IMG/VR virus record: IMGVR_UViG_3300031998_000003
Span: 32,001-96,000 of that record
Source: a virus
Taxonomy: Duplodnaviria > Caudoviricetes
Strand: one strand, 5' to 3'
Length of the DNA: 64,000 nucleotides
In this document: piece by piece, positions 8,452 to 18,627 of the stretch
Position numbering within the stretch: the first letter of the stretch is position 1
Layout of the letters: each line of letters opens with the position of its first letter
Position numbers and translations under genes: made by a program
Notes under the pieces: model-generated
The model's database searches: none
What the model was told of the DNA's origin: nothing
Seen by the model: the letters and a program-made list of their open reading frames with translations, nothing else

Positions 8452-11400
8452 TCATTTTATTTGAACTGGTGTTGTACCTGGAACTGTTGAGATGACCCAG
8501 AGATTTTCGAACTCCGGTGCAAGAATCACGTGTGTACCAGCACGAAGCATCGGCATGATACGAACAGTTGTTGTTGCATTCTGAATCTTTCCGGTTTTTG
8601 TTGTGGACAGATACAACGTAAACGGACGATCGAATGTTCCGGATGTGTAGATCTCGAAGTGATCATCGCGACGAATCACATGTAAGAATTGTGTTGCGTC
8701 AGACTGCGTCTTCAACTTTCCGTTATGTGTGATTGGAATCACACCATTCAGGATTTCCTTCTTCCATGTACGATCTAATATGTCGATCACTTGTTTGTTC
8801 GTTATTTCAATCAAGCCGAGGGTTTGTGTAGTTGCATGGAATATCGTTTGTCCATTGATGGTCGGAATATGATATAGCTCTTCATAGCTTGTCGGTTCTT
8901 CCTCATCAATTTGAACATATGATAGGATATCTGGTTCATAATCTCTGTTACCAGATGCACGTACATCTGATGCAAGATAATCGTCCAGATTTGTCTTGGT
9001 CGATTGATTGAATTGATACTTGATGGATTGATCAATGATATTTGCTTTGTATACAAGCATCGAATGATATGATCCATAAGTGTTTCCATTCAGATCAACA
9101 TACACAGGACCCTTTGGCATCAGTTCCGTATCTGAAATGTCATCCACCAGTTCGATGACTTCCAGATTGTGCAGTGATGTCATGTTTCTGAGTTGGAATG
9201 ACGTTGGTGAGAGGATAATGATATCCGGATCATCGACATATTTACCATTCACCCAGAACTCATATCTGTCACGAGTCAATGGTGTCGGAATATATCCGGT
9301 AAGATCGATGATACCATCCTGAGGAATGACATGTGATGCATAACGACACACGGAGATGTGATTCGAACGAATCGTGGACACATCTGTTGACGTTTCTGTA
9401 TCAATGACAAGTCTCTCCGAAGCACGATTCTTCAACACGTTTCCAATCGGATAGCGGACATCATGTTTCTTATCATAGTAATACGTGAATGGTGCATCCA
9501 ATGTATCACTCTTGATATCATCCGAACCATCCGAATCCAACACATACTGATTTTTCAGACGAACCTCTGAAATGTTCAGCACATCGAATGTTGGATCTTT
9601 TGGAACGAGAATGACCTGTTTGGGGATAATTTTGTATGCTACATCGCGGTGTTCCTGGTCGTGATACAGATTCACCCAATTTGTTGAACGATACTCTTCA
9701 ATGGGCTGAATCGCAAGTTCTGACACATTTAGTGTCAAGCCGCTTGCAGCCGATCCATCAACAACGACAGTCGAAATTGATTCACCAGACCAAGTTTGCG
9801 TAGCTTCGTAATCGATCGTCACCATAGCTCCATCAGGACCAAGTGGATATTCACCTGGGGTGTATCCGTCAGCAAACAAGTTCCTGACACCGAGCACGTG
9901 TCCTTCACCATCACTGATGGTTTTGAACACTTCTCTTGACAATGTAGAATCCTGAAGCATCAACCGAACATAGTTTTCACCGTATCCAGTACCGCTGTTT
10001 GCGGGAGAAGCGTTTCGTATCATGTATTTGATATCCACAAGAGGAGATGGCTGTTTGATTTCGGTTACGACAACAGATACCAAACCACCAGACATTGGTG
10101 ATGTTCCATCAGGTACAACAGTACATGTGAAGGTTCCCGTTACACCTATCGGAAGTGTTGAGGATGTGATCGTGATAACAGGATTACCTTCGTTCATAGC
10201 TGTGATACCTTCGAACATAATATTCGATGATACACCATTAAATCCTGAGACATCGTCGTTCTTAACTGATACCAGAAGAACATGGTGATTCTCTTCGAAA
10301 CCATCGATTGCAACAGGGATCGACACGTTGTAATCTTTATCAATATGATACATCGGGATCTCAACTGAATTCATTGGATTTCGTACGTAGATGTCAAAAT
10401 CTTCATAGGTCATTTCAGTACCGTTTGCAAGAATGCGCATATCGCAGAATCGAATTGGTGATCCATACTTATACTTTCCTGAACGATCAGGTCTGACAAG
10501 AAGAAAACCATTCTGTCTCGGAAAATCACTTGGTGTCGGGAATAGGTTAATCAAACGATAAGTCTCAGATTCATCGTAGTGCTTTCTTACACGGATTTTG
10601 CTGTAAAGATCTTGCGTTAAAGGTTCCTGATTTACATGCATAACCGGTTTAAACACAACCTTACATTCCATCGGACCTGGTTCGATTTCCGACCACGGAG
10701 TATTATTATCGTATACAAGATACACAAGGATCTTCTTTGAGTTAAACGTTGGGTCCGTGAATAGAATATTCAATGTACTCTTGACACGCGGTGACAGATA
10801 ATCATCGTAAACGTCATGCGCATTATCATATCCTATAACCGAATAGATGTAATCTCTTGGGGATAACCAACGTTTATTTTCCCAATCATATAGTCTAATC
10901 TGTGCTTGCCCGATAATAACATCTCGCAATGCAGTTTTTCGAACAGGAATCATCCGAGCACGACCATTATCGATGTATATCATTGCAGCATCGTATGAAT
11001 TCACATTATACCATTTCGTCGGAGTTTCCAGCTCTGTATTGTACAACTCCATGCGTTTGATAAATGCTTCCCAATATTCGATATCACGTTCAATGGCTTC
11101 GATGTGAAGTTTCAGCGCACGTTCTTTCTTTCTGTATTCACGTTGAATCTGTGTAACTGAATTAGCGGGGAGTATATATGGCGGATCGAAGTAGCTGGGA
11201 TATGCGCGTCCATCATTATATACCGACGGATTCTCTTCGTCTTGTACAACATGCTTCAGATATTTAATTTCGATAGAACCACTGGCGGTTGATGTCTGAT
11301 ACAGTGCTTCAATGTCAACAACCGCGTCGCTTTTAATACGGAAAACTGTCCACACACATTCCAAAGCCCATGATGGAACCGGTACGTCATTTTCCCAACA

Positions 11401-14400
11401 TGAACCCGGTTTAATGAAAACAGTATCACCAATCTCAGGCAACGTGTCGTCAGTATGTGACAATCTAACTCTGATTGGATCATAAAGCACCTCATCAACA
11501 ATCCATACGCGTTGACAGTCTTCGATCGAAATGTATTGATCACCAACCATTGTGCCAGGTTTGATCATAACCGTCGAGTCTTTTTCAAGCACCGGATGTA
11601 TCAGAAGATTAAGTTTTTCTTGTTGTGCAGCGAGTTCCTCTTTGAGTTCTGCAATTTTCAAGTTTGCATTGCCGATATTCTTTTGGAATGTAAGATGTTC
11701 TTGCTTCCAAACAGAATGATCGTCAGGCTCTTCTCGCAGAACAGGATACATTTCCGGAGTCGTGTAAGAATTGAAGTCATGATACAGCAAATTGATATTG
11801 GCCGAACGAGCTACATCATTAACAGCGACATCTCCGAGATACAAGAAATGATACATCGGGTTGATGGTTCCATCGATTCTGTTTGGAATCTCATCATGGA
11901 ACATCCAATTCAATCTGGTGTATACATACTCTGAATTATTCACGACATAAATCGGATCACCAGGAAGTGTGTACACATCATTCCACTCGGAAGGAATCTC
12001 GACTGTCGACGACATCTGTGGAATTGGATAATATGGTCCTTCATATTCCGTGTATTCATCCATGAAGTTCCGAATGTTATCATCAACAATCGTGCATGTG
12101 ATCGGTTCTGTCATATTGAGGTATTTTTGAATAACTGAGATGTCTGATGTGCGGAACCATGGTGCATTAAACTCATCAACCTTTGCTTCAACAAAGCCAT
12201 GTTCTGTCGAATGATCTACTGCGGTAATGATCAACGGAAATACACACAATCCATCATCGGTACATGCGTATATCGTTTGTCCCTCAAAGTAACCACTACC
12301 GAGGGAATTCATATACCCGTTTTCAATATCGAGATGCATCACTTGACATGGTTTAAAGAACCATGTTGTTTGTGGTCTTCCACCCATATCAGTTGTTACA
12401 TAACGATTCAGTTGGTCACACTTTAGGAACAGTTTGTCATGTGGACCGGAATGTGCATTTACAACAAACTCTGAATCAGAATCCAATGGTGCAAACTTAT
12501 TTCCGGCAAGAAGTTCATAGTGAAGCTTTGCGTGCTTATCATTCAGGATTGATCCATCCGGGAGAACATCGAATGTCTCATGAATATTCTGAACTTCAAG
12601 TGGAATGGTTTGGCAACCAATGTATTGTTCGAACTGATTCATGATATCTGAAGATGTTGACACCTTCTTGAATCTGATCACGAGTCCTGTGTCAATGACG
12701 TTATTCGCTTCAGAACCGTCCTTGAAATAGAATTTCATCGTAACCGTAGTTCCATCAACTGTCAAATCATTTCCATTAAAGAACGCATAATTGCACACAG
12801 GATGCAGCGTAACGATATCACCATTGTCGTAGATCGGTCTGAATATCAATGTGACATTGGTTGAGGGAATCGCTTGCTGAGATGGGACAACAACATGCGG
12901 ATCTGTTTTCGGAATTGTCAATACTGCAAATGTTGGAGTCTCAGCACCAACGTCGACAGATCCGAAATACAACGGAAGCTCCATGTCATCGATAGCATAC
13001 ATGTCAAACATGAAGTTGTTGATTAACGTATCGAAGTATGTTTTGATCAATGGGATGAATTCATTCCACCATGCATCAAACTCGTACAGTGTTTTCAGAG
13101 TCTGTACGGTTTGTGACAATGCTGTTGGCAAATTCGGATTGAAAACACACTGTTTGAGTTCATTCAAAACAATTGCGAATTTGAAACGTTCAGTGTCATC
13201 TTTCAGGATTGGTGAAGTCATATTTGGTATCAGCATTCCATCAAAGGTGAATGTAGGACTGTTGCCTTGATCGAAGTTCCGAAGTGTTTGTGCCCAGTTA
13301 CCAGCGACTTTCAAAGACATTGGTTCATCAATGTCCTTCAAATGGATATAGACAGCTCTTGCATATCGAGTTCTGTCATAGTCATATCCGATGTTTTTAT
13401 GAACATACTGAATTTCTGTTAAAGCGTCTTGTGCATATTTCTCAAGTGGAATTGAACTCGATGAAACTTTACGAGCCGCATCAATCACATTTTTGATGTC
13501 TGTGAACAATTTCATCAGACCTGTCGAAGATGTTTTCTTAAACCAGTTGATGAACAGTTGTTCGGTTCCGATTGTTGAGAGGGTATTCAGCATCTTGAAT
13601 TGCATATCACCATTGTTGATATAGCTTTCAATTCTATCAGACCATTTTTCAATAATCTGAATCGCGGAATTAACCGCAAATGTCTGATCCCAAGTGATCT
13701 TATAATTCGTCTGAATGTGACTGATAATACCAGCCAACTCCGAAATGCACAATGACATCATCGAAGCTACCTGTGGATCATCGTAATAATGAATGTGTTC
13801 AATGCCATTTGTCGTAAGGTTCACAAATGAAACATAGTAATCCTTGTCAATGCCGGTATCAGAAACTAACGGAAGCGGGATGCCATCATAATATTGATTG
13901 AACATGTAGAGATATTCATTATCCGATGTCATGTGATGGATGTTATGTGCTCCATCTAATACATACGGAAATCCATTATACACAGCGAAGTCATTTCCGT
14001 CAGGGAAGACTGATATATTCTGGTCACCTGTTGAGAATATTGATGGTCCCTTTGTGATAACCGAATAATTGATGCGCTCGCTTGAGAGCTGTGGATCGAT
14101 TTTGTCAACGGTTAAATCAGCATAACGAGGATGGAACTGTCGACCTGTCAATTGTCTTAGGAAGTATGCTTGCAGTTGATCTTTGTTGTCATAAAGCTGA
14201 GAAACTGTATAGAACATGAAATTCAATGCGAATGGTGCACGGATCTCATATTCCCCAGCACCGACATTGTCGGATGAAACATTTGACATTTCATAGTTGA
14301 TGATAGAAGGATATTCCTCCAGCCAATCGCTGTCCATCTTATGATCCAGAATTCTTGACAGGATTGAAATTTGCGTTTTCACGTCATTCATCCCATACAT

Positions 14401-16413
14401 CATCTTTGAAAGTTTCATCAGACGTGATTCAACATTCCAATATTTAATGTATCCGAGATGTTCCTCCACTTCATCCATGAACTTATCAAAATCCATCAGC
14501 TGATTATCATCGAAATATCCAATGGTCTTTTCAGCAGTATTTTCCGTATCAGTATACAGAATCAGGAACTTAAAGGTTCGACCACTTTCTTTCTTATCCC
14601 GAATATAGAAAGTATTCGAAATACCTTTGAAATGATTGATTGCCGGACATGTGAACTTCCAGCATGCTTCATCGCTATCGTATCGAAATGCAATGAAGCA
14701 TTGTTCAGATATTGGTCGATTGATGCGATCTTTCAACATCGTATCTCTGGATCGATCGCTGTGATAACGCTCGGATGCATATGGATCAAAGAAGAATCCG
14801 ACACCCGGGTTACCGCCTAATGCAGCTTTGAGTCTAACGATAGTAGGCTCACTCTTAAAGGGTGCTGTAACAACATTGACAAAGTTGCTGCGATATACAT
14901 CTGGATTTGCAGTGATCAATTGCGGGAAGCTGTTGCAAATATCATTGTAGATAGCTTCATTGTACATAGCTGGTGCAGCCATAATCTTTTCGTGATATTC
15001 GCTCAATTGCTCCATAAAGTCATCGAACGCATTCTTTGACGCATTGTCGACAAAATTTGTCGTAATACATATATTCAGATATTGAGCATAAATGCTTGCA
15101 ATCTTATAGTATGCATTATCAGCAGCTTCCTTCGCTTTATCGATCATTGTAGCATATGTATCACTGTACAATTGAAAATAGGTATCGAACATTTTCTCAA
15201 AATCAGACCACAGCGCATTCAAGTTGTCTTCCATATATATTGCATCGATGAAAGGAGCCATGAGTTTGTCATCAGTTCGATCAACAGAAATTGGTGGAGT
15301 ACAGTCATTTCCAGATGAATCATTTGCCACATTGTATTCCGTGACGATATAATTTCCGTCTGGATTCGTGATGTGATTGTATTTGCCGTCATAGATATGC
15401 TTTCTTGCAATAACACTGTAGAAGTTGATCATCGGATATAAATCAGGAATCTCGAATAGATATTTTAGTGCATATATCCTGAAACGAACAGTGTTAGAAC
15501 CACCAGCGTCCATATCAGTTTTGATGCGTTCTTGAACAAATGTTACATCAAGTCCATTTGATTTCATGATACCGAAGTTTGGTGTCATTTTCACAGAATT
15601 CTTGACGGAGTTATCACATAGATGGAAAATGCATCTAGAACCAAAAAGTTCAGGATGGTCACCCAGCTTGAGCCATGACATACTGAGGTACTTTGTTTCC
15701 ATCATTGATGTGATTTCTTCTTTTGGTATATCGACATCTGCGACAAATGTATTATCGAGTTTATAGATTATGAAATCAGCCTTGTCGACATATGTCCATC
15801 CAATTTTGAACTTGAAACCCTTCTCGTCAATTGCAACCTTCCAGTCATTCGTGATAAAACCATTGACTGTGCAGAGTAACGTGAATCCAAGAATGTCAGA
15901 AATGTAACTCGACAAGAATCTGTCTGAATCCATGAAATAACCGTTTTCAGTTTCATGGAATTCATGGAGCCGTTGACGAACAAACTCGTCTCTATCTCCA
16001 AAATGCAACTGATTGAATGGTACATCGATGATATAGTAATGATCCGTTGCACCATGGAATACATGTTTTTTATCAGACGAAGAATAATGTGCAATAACCG
16101 CATGTGTATTCACAACCATGGAACTCATCGCATTCTGGAGAGACATCTTATATGTCTTGATCAGAGACTGATCCATGTCTTCGAATGTATAATTGGATTT
16201 CTCCAGCAAGTCCATTAGACGTTTGAACGCCGTGTAGTTACCGACGACATTATACGGCTGATACTTGATCAGTTCAGAGTTCAGCCCAATCAACGTTTCT
16301 AGACGTTTGTTCATCGTAACCCATTTGGTGTCGTTGTATGTCGTAACACCATCGCGGGTTCCCGTCAGATAATGATGGGACTTTAGAAACCAATCATGAT
16401 AGTTGATTTGCAT
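8452..16413 (-). CDS. Very large virion structural protein (baseplate/tail-associated), 2653 aa
   Basis: Single 8 kb ORF with RBS GAAAGGAG and a late-type promoter; internal coiled coil and SH3-like insert. Confidence 0.75.
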   Translation of the reverse strand: MQINYHDWFLKSHHYLTGTRDGVTTYNDTKWVTMNKRLETLIGLNSELIKYQPYNVVGNYTAFKRLMDLLEKSNYTFEDMDQSLIKTYKMSLQNAMSSMVVNTHAVIAHYSSSDKKHVFHGATDHYYIIDVPFNQLHFGDRDEFVRQRLHEFHETENGYFMDSDRFLSSYISDILGFTLLCTVNGFITNDWKVAIDEKGFKFKIGWTYVDKADFIIYKLDNTFVADVDIPKEEITSMMETKYLSMSWLKLGDHPELFGSRCIFHLCDNSVKNSVKMTPNFGIMKSNGLDVTFVQERIKTDMDAGGSNTVRFRIYALKYLFEIPDLYPMINFYSVIARKHIYDGKYNHITNPDGNYIVTEYNVANDSSGNDCTPPISVDRTDDKLMAPFIDAIYMEDNLNALWSDFEKMFDTYFQLYSDTYATMIDKAKEAADNAYYKIASIYAQYLNICITTNFVDNASKNAFDDFMEQLSEYHEKIMAAPAMYNEAIYNDICNSFPQLITANPDVYRSNFVNVVTAPFKSEPTIVRLKAALGGNPGVGFFFDPYASERYHSDRSRDTMLKDRINRPISEQCFIAFRYDSDEACWKFTCPAINHFKGISNTFYIRDKKESGRTFKFLILYTDTENTAEKTIGYFDDNQLMDFDKFMDEVEEHLGYIKYWNVESRLMKLSKMMYGMNDVKTQISILSRILDHKMDSDWLEEYPSIINYEMSNVSSDNVGAGEYEIRAPFALNFMFYTVSQLYDNKDQLQAYFLRQLTGRQFHPRYADLTVDKIDPQLSSERINYSVITKGPSIFSTGDQNISVFPDGNDFAVYNGFPYVLDGAHNIHHMTSDNEYLYMFNQYYDGIPLPLVSDTGIDKDYYVSFVNLTTNGIEHIHYYDDPQVASMMSLCISELAGIISHIQTNYKITWDQTFAVNSAIQIIEKWSDRIESYINNGDMQFKMLNTLSTIGTEQLFINWFKKTSSTGLMKLFTDIKNVIDAARKVSSSSIPLEKYAQDALTEIQYVHKNIGYDYDRTRYARAVYIHLKDIDEPMSLKVAGNWAQTLRNFDQGNSPTFTFDGMLIPNMTSPILKDDTERFKFAIVLNELKQCVFNPNLPTALSQTVQTLKTLYEFDAWWNEFIPLIKTYFDTLINNFMFDMYAIDDMELPLYFGSVDVGAETPTFAVLTIPKTDPHVVVPSQQAIPSTNVTLIFRPIYDNGDIVTLHPVCNYAFFNGNDLTVDGTTVTMKFYFKDGSEANNVIDTGLVIRFKKVSTSSDIMNQFEQYIGCQTIPLEVQNIHETFDVLPDGSILNDKHAKLHYELLAGNKFAPLDSDSEFVVNAHSGPHDKLFLKCDQLNRYVTTDMGGRPQTTWFFKPCQVMHLDIENGYMNSLGSGYFEGQTIYACTDDGLCVFPLIITAVDHSTEHGFVEAKVDEFNAPWFRTSDISVIQKYLNMTEPITCTIVDDNIRNFMDEYTEYEGPYYPIPQMSSTVEIPSEWNDVYTLPGDPIYVVNNSEYVYTRLNWMFHDEIPNRIDGTINPMYHFLYLGDVAVNDVARSANINLLYHDFNSYTTPEMYPVLREEPDDHSVWKQEHLTFQKNIGNANLKIAELKEELAAQQEKLNLLIHPVLEKDSTVMIKPGTMVGDQYISIEDCQRVWIVDEVLYDPIRVRLSHTDDTLPEIGDTVFIKPGSCWENDVPVPSWALECVWTVFRIKSDAVVDIEALYQTSTASGSIEIKYLKHVVQDEENPSVYNDGRAYPSYFDPPYILPANSVTQIQREYRKKERALKLHIEAIERDIEYWEAFIKRMELYNTELETPTKWYNVNSYDAAMIYIDNGRARMIPVRKTALRDVIIGQAQIRLYDWENKRWLSPRDYIYSVIGYDNAHDVYDDYLSPRVKSTLNILFTDPTFNSKKILVYLVYDNNTPWSEIEPGPMECKVVFKPVMHVNQEPLTQDLYSKIRVRKHYDESETYRLINLFPTPSDFPRQNGFLLVRPDRSGKYKYGSPIRFCDMRILANGTEMTYEDFDIYVRNPMNSVEIPMYHIDKDYNVSIPVAIDGFEENHHVLLVSVKNDDVSGFNGVSSNIMFEGITAMNEGNPVITITSSTLPIGVTGTFTCTVVPDGTSPMSGGLVSVVVTEIKQPSPLVDIKYMIRNASPANSGTGYGENYVRLMLQDSTLSREVFKTISDGEGHVLGVRNLFADGYTPGEYPLGPDGAMVTIDYEATQTWSGESISTVVVDGSAASGLTLNVSELAIQPIEEYRSTNWVNLYHDQEHRDVAYKIIPKQVILVPKDPTFDVLNISEVRLKNQYVLDSDGSDDIKSDTLDAPFTYYYDKKHDVRYPIGNVLKNRASERLVIDTETSTDVSTIRSNHISVCRYASHVIPQDGIIDLTGYIPTPLTRDRYEFWVNGKYVDDPDIIILSPTSFQLRNMTSLHNLEVIELVDDISDTELMPKGPVYVDLNGNTYGSYHSMLVYKANIIDQSIKYQFNQSTKTNLDDYLASDVRASGNRDYEPDILSYVQIDEEEPTSYEELYHIPTINGQTIFHATTQTLGLIEITNKQVIDILDRTWKKEILNGVIPITHNGKLKTQSDATQFLHVIRRDDHFEIYTSGTFDRPFTLYLSTTKTGKIQNATTTVRIMPMLRAGTHVILAPEFENLWVISTVPGTTPVQIK

Positions 16414-16437
16414 ATAATCTTCTCCTTTCGTAAGAGA

Positions 16438-16451
16438 TTACAGAACCGTTT
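16438..16451 (-). promoter_or_regulatory. Putative late promoter
   Basis: AAACGGTTCTGTAA. Confidence 0.5.
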
Positions 16452-16477
16452 CTTACGATTTTTTCAGAATCCTATCT

Positions 16478-16494
16478 ATATATTATTAATGTGA
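16478..16494 (+). promoter_or_regulatory. Putative early promoter
   Basis: ATATATTATT-AAT-GTGA. Confidence 0.55.
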
Positions 16495-16612
16495 ATAGAG
16501 ATAAAGCATTTCACCCCAATGCAATCTTCTATTCCGGGTATCAAATTTTGTATGCTGCCTGACGATGATGGTACCGGCTACCGATAAAGATCGGAGAACA
16601 CGGAGGCTTATT

Positions 16613-17230
16613 ATGACTACCACCACAAATTCTTTCATGGAAAAACTGCAGCAAATGATGACAGAGCGGAACATCAGCACCGCTGCGACCTTCAACACAA
16701 CAGCTCGCAACATCAATCCCGAGACCCCAACATTCGGGGTCACTTCCATCCTGGATGATGGCACCATCACAATGACTGCCGTCGACGACGAGTTTGGTCA
16801 GTACTTCGAAGAAATGAATAAGAAGTATTTGATCAACTGTAACGTCATATCCATGTGCATGCTGTATATGGATAGAAAGACCCATCAGGGTGCAAAGCGG
16901 CGCATTCTGGCAGCCATGGGTCTTTTCAGCGATGTTCCTACCACAGGTTATTTCGGTAGGAAACATGACAACTCTCGCACCCATCAGAAATTCCTGTCAA
17001 ATTATACGAATGGCATCCGTGACAGCAGATTTGCAGGAAAAATGCTTACCGATGCGGAATGGGATCTCCGTCACGCTCGTAATGATGGTGAGCGTGCAAA
17101 AGCAGCGTGGGAGTGTGTATTCTGGAAATGGATCCAGCAGCATGGCGACATGGAGCCCCAGCTGGACATCATCTCTGATGCACGGGCTCAGCACATCATC
17201 GACAATTGGAAAATACTGATATCACATTGA
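16613..17230 (+). CDS. Hypothetical (early) protein
   Basis: RBS GGAGG before ATG 16613. Confidence 0.75.
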   Translation: MTTTTNSFMEKLQQMMTERNISTAATFNTTARNINPETPTFGVTSILDDGTITMTAVDDEFGQYFEEMNKKYLINCNVISMCMLYMDRKTHQGAKRRILAAMGLFSDVPTTGYFGRKHDNSRTHQKFLSNYTNGIRDSRFAGKMLTDAEWDLRHARNDGERAKAAWECVFWKWIQQHGDMEPQLDIISDARAQHIIDNWKILISH

Positions 17231-17238
17231 GGAGGATA

Positions 17239-17820
17239 ATGAAAATGACCAGACTCGAAGTATTGGAAAAGGAACTCTCGACGCTTCAAGAAAGTTCCAA
17301 AAGAATTTCAAACATGTTCGGGGCACAGTATGTCCCGCAGGAGATCTTATCAGAGATCGATAAAGTAAACACCTCTATTGCAGCCGCAAGAAAAGAAGCT
17401 GAAGACGCCGCAAAAATAAACCATATTCTGAATAATGTCATGACGGCAAGCGGCATGGAAAGCCGTAAAAATTCCATATGGAATCCCGCACACTATAATG
17501 ACGTCGATTTCTACTATGGAACATCGACATCAGGTACATACCAGACAGCTAGTATAAAGCTTGTATGGGATCTCGATGATGAGATCCATCAGGCTTATAC
17601 GGTGACCGCATTCAAGATCAACGTCACCGAAAAAACATACGATCTCGGTGACATTGATACCATACTTAAAGCCGTTGCCGATCAGCTCAGCTCGGATCAG
17701 GATGCCAAGTGGTATAACACAGCTGCGATAAAATACAGTGTTGATACGATCGAGGCGGTTCTGAATAAGCAGGGATACAAACGGCGAGAGGCCGAAAGCC
17801 GGCAGATCACTGTCAGCTAA
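17239..17820 (+). CDS. Hypothetical protein
   Basis: RBS GAGGAGG before ATG 17239. Confidence 0.75.
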   Translation: MKMTRLEVLEKELSTLQESSKRISNMFGAQYVPQEILSEIDKVNTSIAAARKEAEDAAKINHILNNVMTASGMESRKNSIWNPAHYNDVDFYYGTSTSGTYQTASIKLVWDLDDEIHQAYTVTAFKINVTEKTYDLGDIDTILKAVADQLSSDQDAKWYNTAAIKYSVDTIEAVLNKQGYKRREAESRQITVS

Positions 17821-17967
17821 TTGACATCTTCGGGGATTAGGGGAGAAAAAGGGGGAGGCTGTTGAGAGCGCTTGACCGGCTCTATACCTCCCCCGCCTCC
17901 GTAATGTCCCCTTACAAAAATCTGAAATAACATGTGCCCGTAAGGGTAAGAAAGGTAAGGTACAATT

Positions 17968-18573
17968 ATGAAAAATGCAAATATAGAACAGCGTCTCGAT
18001 ACCCTGCGTGAGCTTTCGCAGAAAGCCATCCAGGAGATGGTTGCAATCGAGCTGGAACTGTCAGCAATTCAAAACGAAATGCTGAGATCTGTCATCGATA
18101 ACGACGAGCAGCGACAGATGGAGCTCATCGATCAGATTCGTGAGTATGGTCTGTGTGATCCGCAGGCGACCACGCAGGAATGCATGGACATACTCGCGGA
18201 CATCATCAAAGATTTTTCCGACCTGGTTATCGACGCTTCCGCGGAGATCCCACAGTTCTTCAACCTCCGCACGTTGGTTGGTGCTAAAAAGCGCTGTCCG
18301 TCGTGTGGATCGGAATTGCTCGACACTGACGAGTACTGCCATGAATGTGGCAGCCATGTGGGTGCTGAGCGGCCGTATGTTGAGGGACCCACAATTCACT
18401 GCAATAAGTGTCACAGCTGTGGTCATACCTATAATGCTGAGTATAAGCATTGCCCGCAGTGTGGGACAGCCGCAAGTGATCAGCCTTCCAGTCTGGCAGC
18501 TCACTACAAGAGCGAGCTCGATGCGTATAAGCATCCTGATAAACAGGACGGCTTCCATGATTACGACTCATAA
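17968..18573 (+). CDS. Double zinc-ribbon domain protein
   Basis: CPSCG...CHECG and CHSCG...CPQCG motifs; N-terminal coiled coil. Confidence 0.8.
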   Translation: MKNANIEQRLDTLRELSQKAIQEMVAIELELSAIQNEMLRSVIDNDEQRQMELIDQIREYGLCDPQATTQECMDILADIIKDFSDLVIDASAEIPQFFNLRTLVGAKKRCPSCGSELLDTDEYCHECGSHVGAERPYVEGPTIHCNKCHSCGHTYNAEYKHCPQCGTAASDQPSSLAAHYKSELDAYKHPDKQDGFHDYDS

Positions 18574-18585
18574 TGATGAAATGAG

Positions 18586-18608
18586 AGGGGCGCGCAATGC
18601 GCGCCCCT
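18586..18608 (+). terminator. Intrinsic terminator
   Basis: aggggcgcgc-aat-gcgcgcccct followed by a T-rich stretch. Confidence 0.7.
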
Positions 18609-18627
18609 TTCCTCTTCCGATTTTTTT

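Noticed and set aside
17821-17850. TTGACA as a host sigma-A -35 box
   Set aside because: No TATAAT-like -10 box at 16-18 bp spacing.
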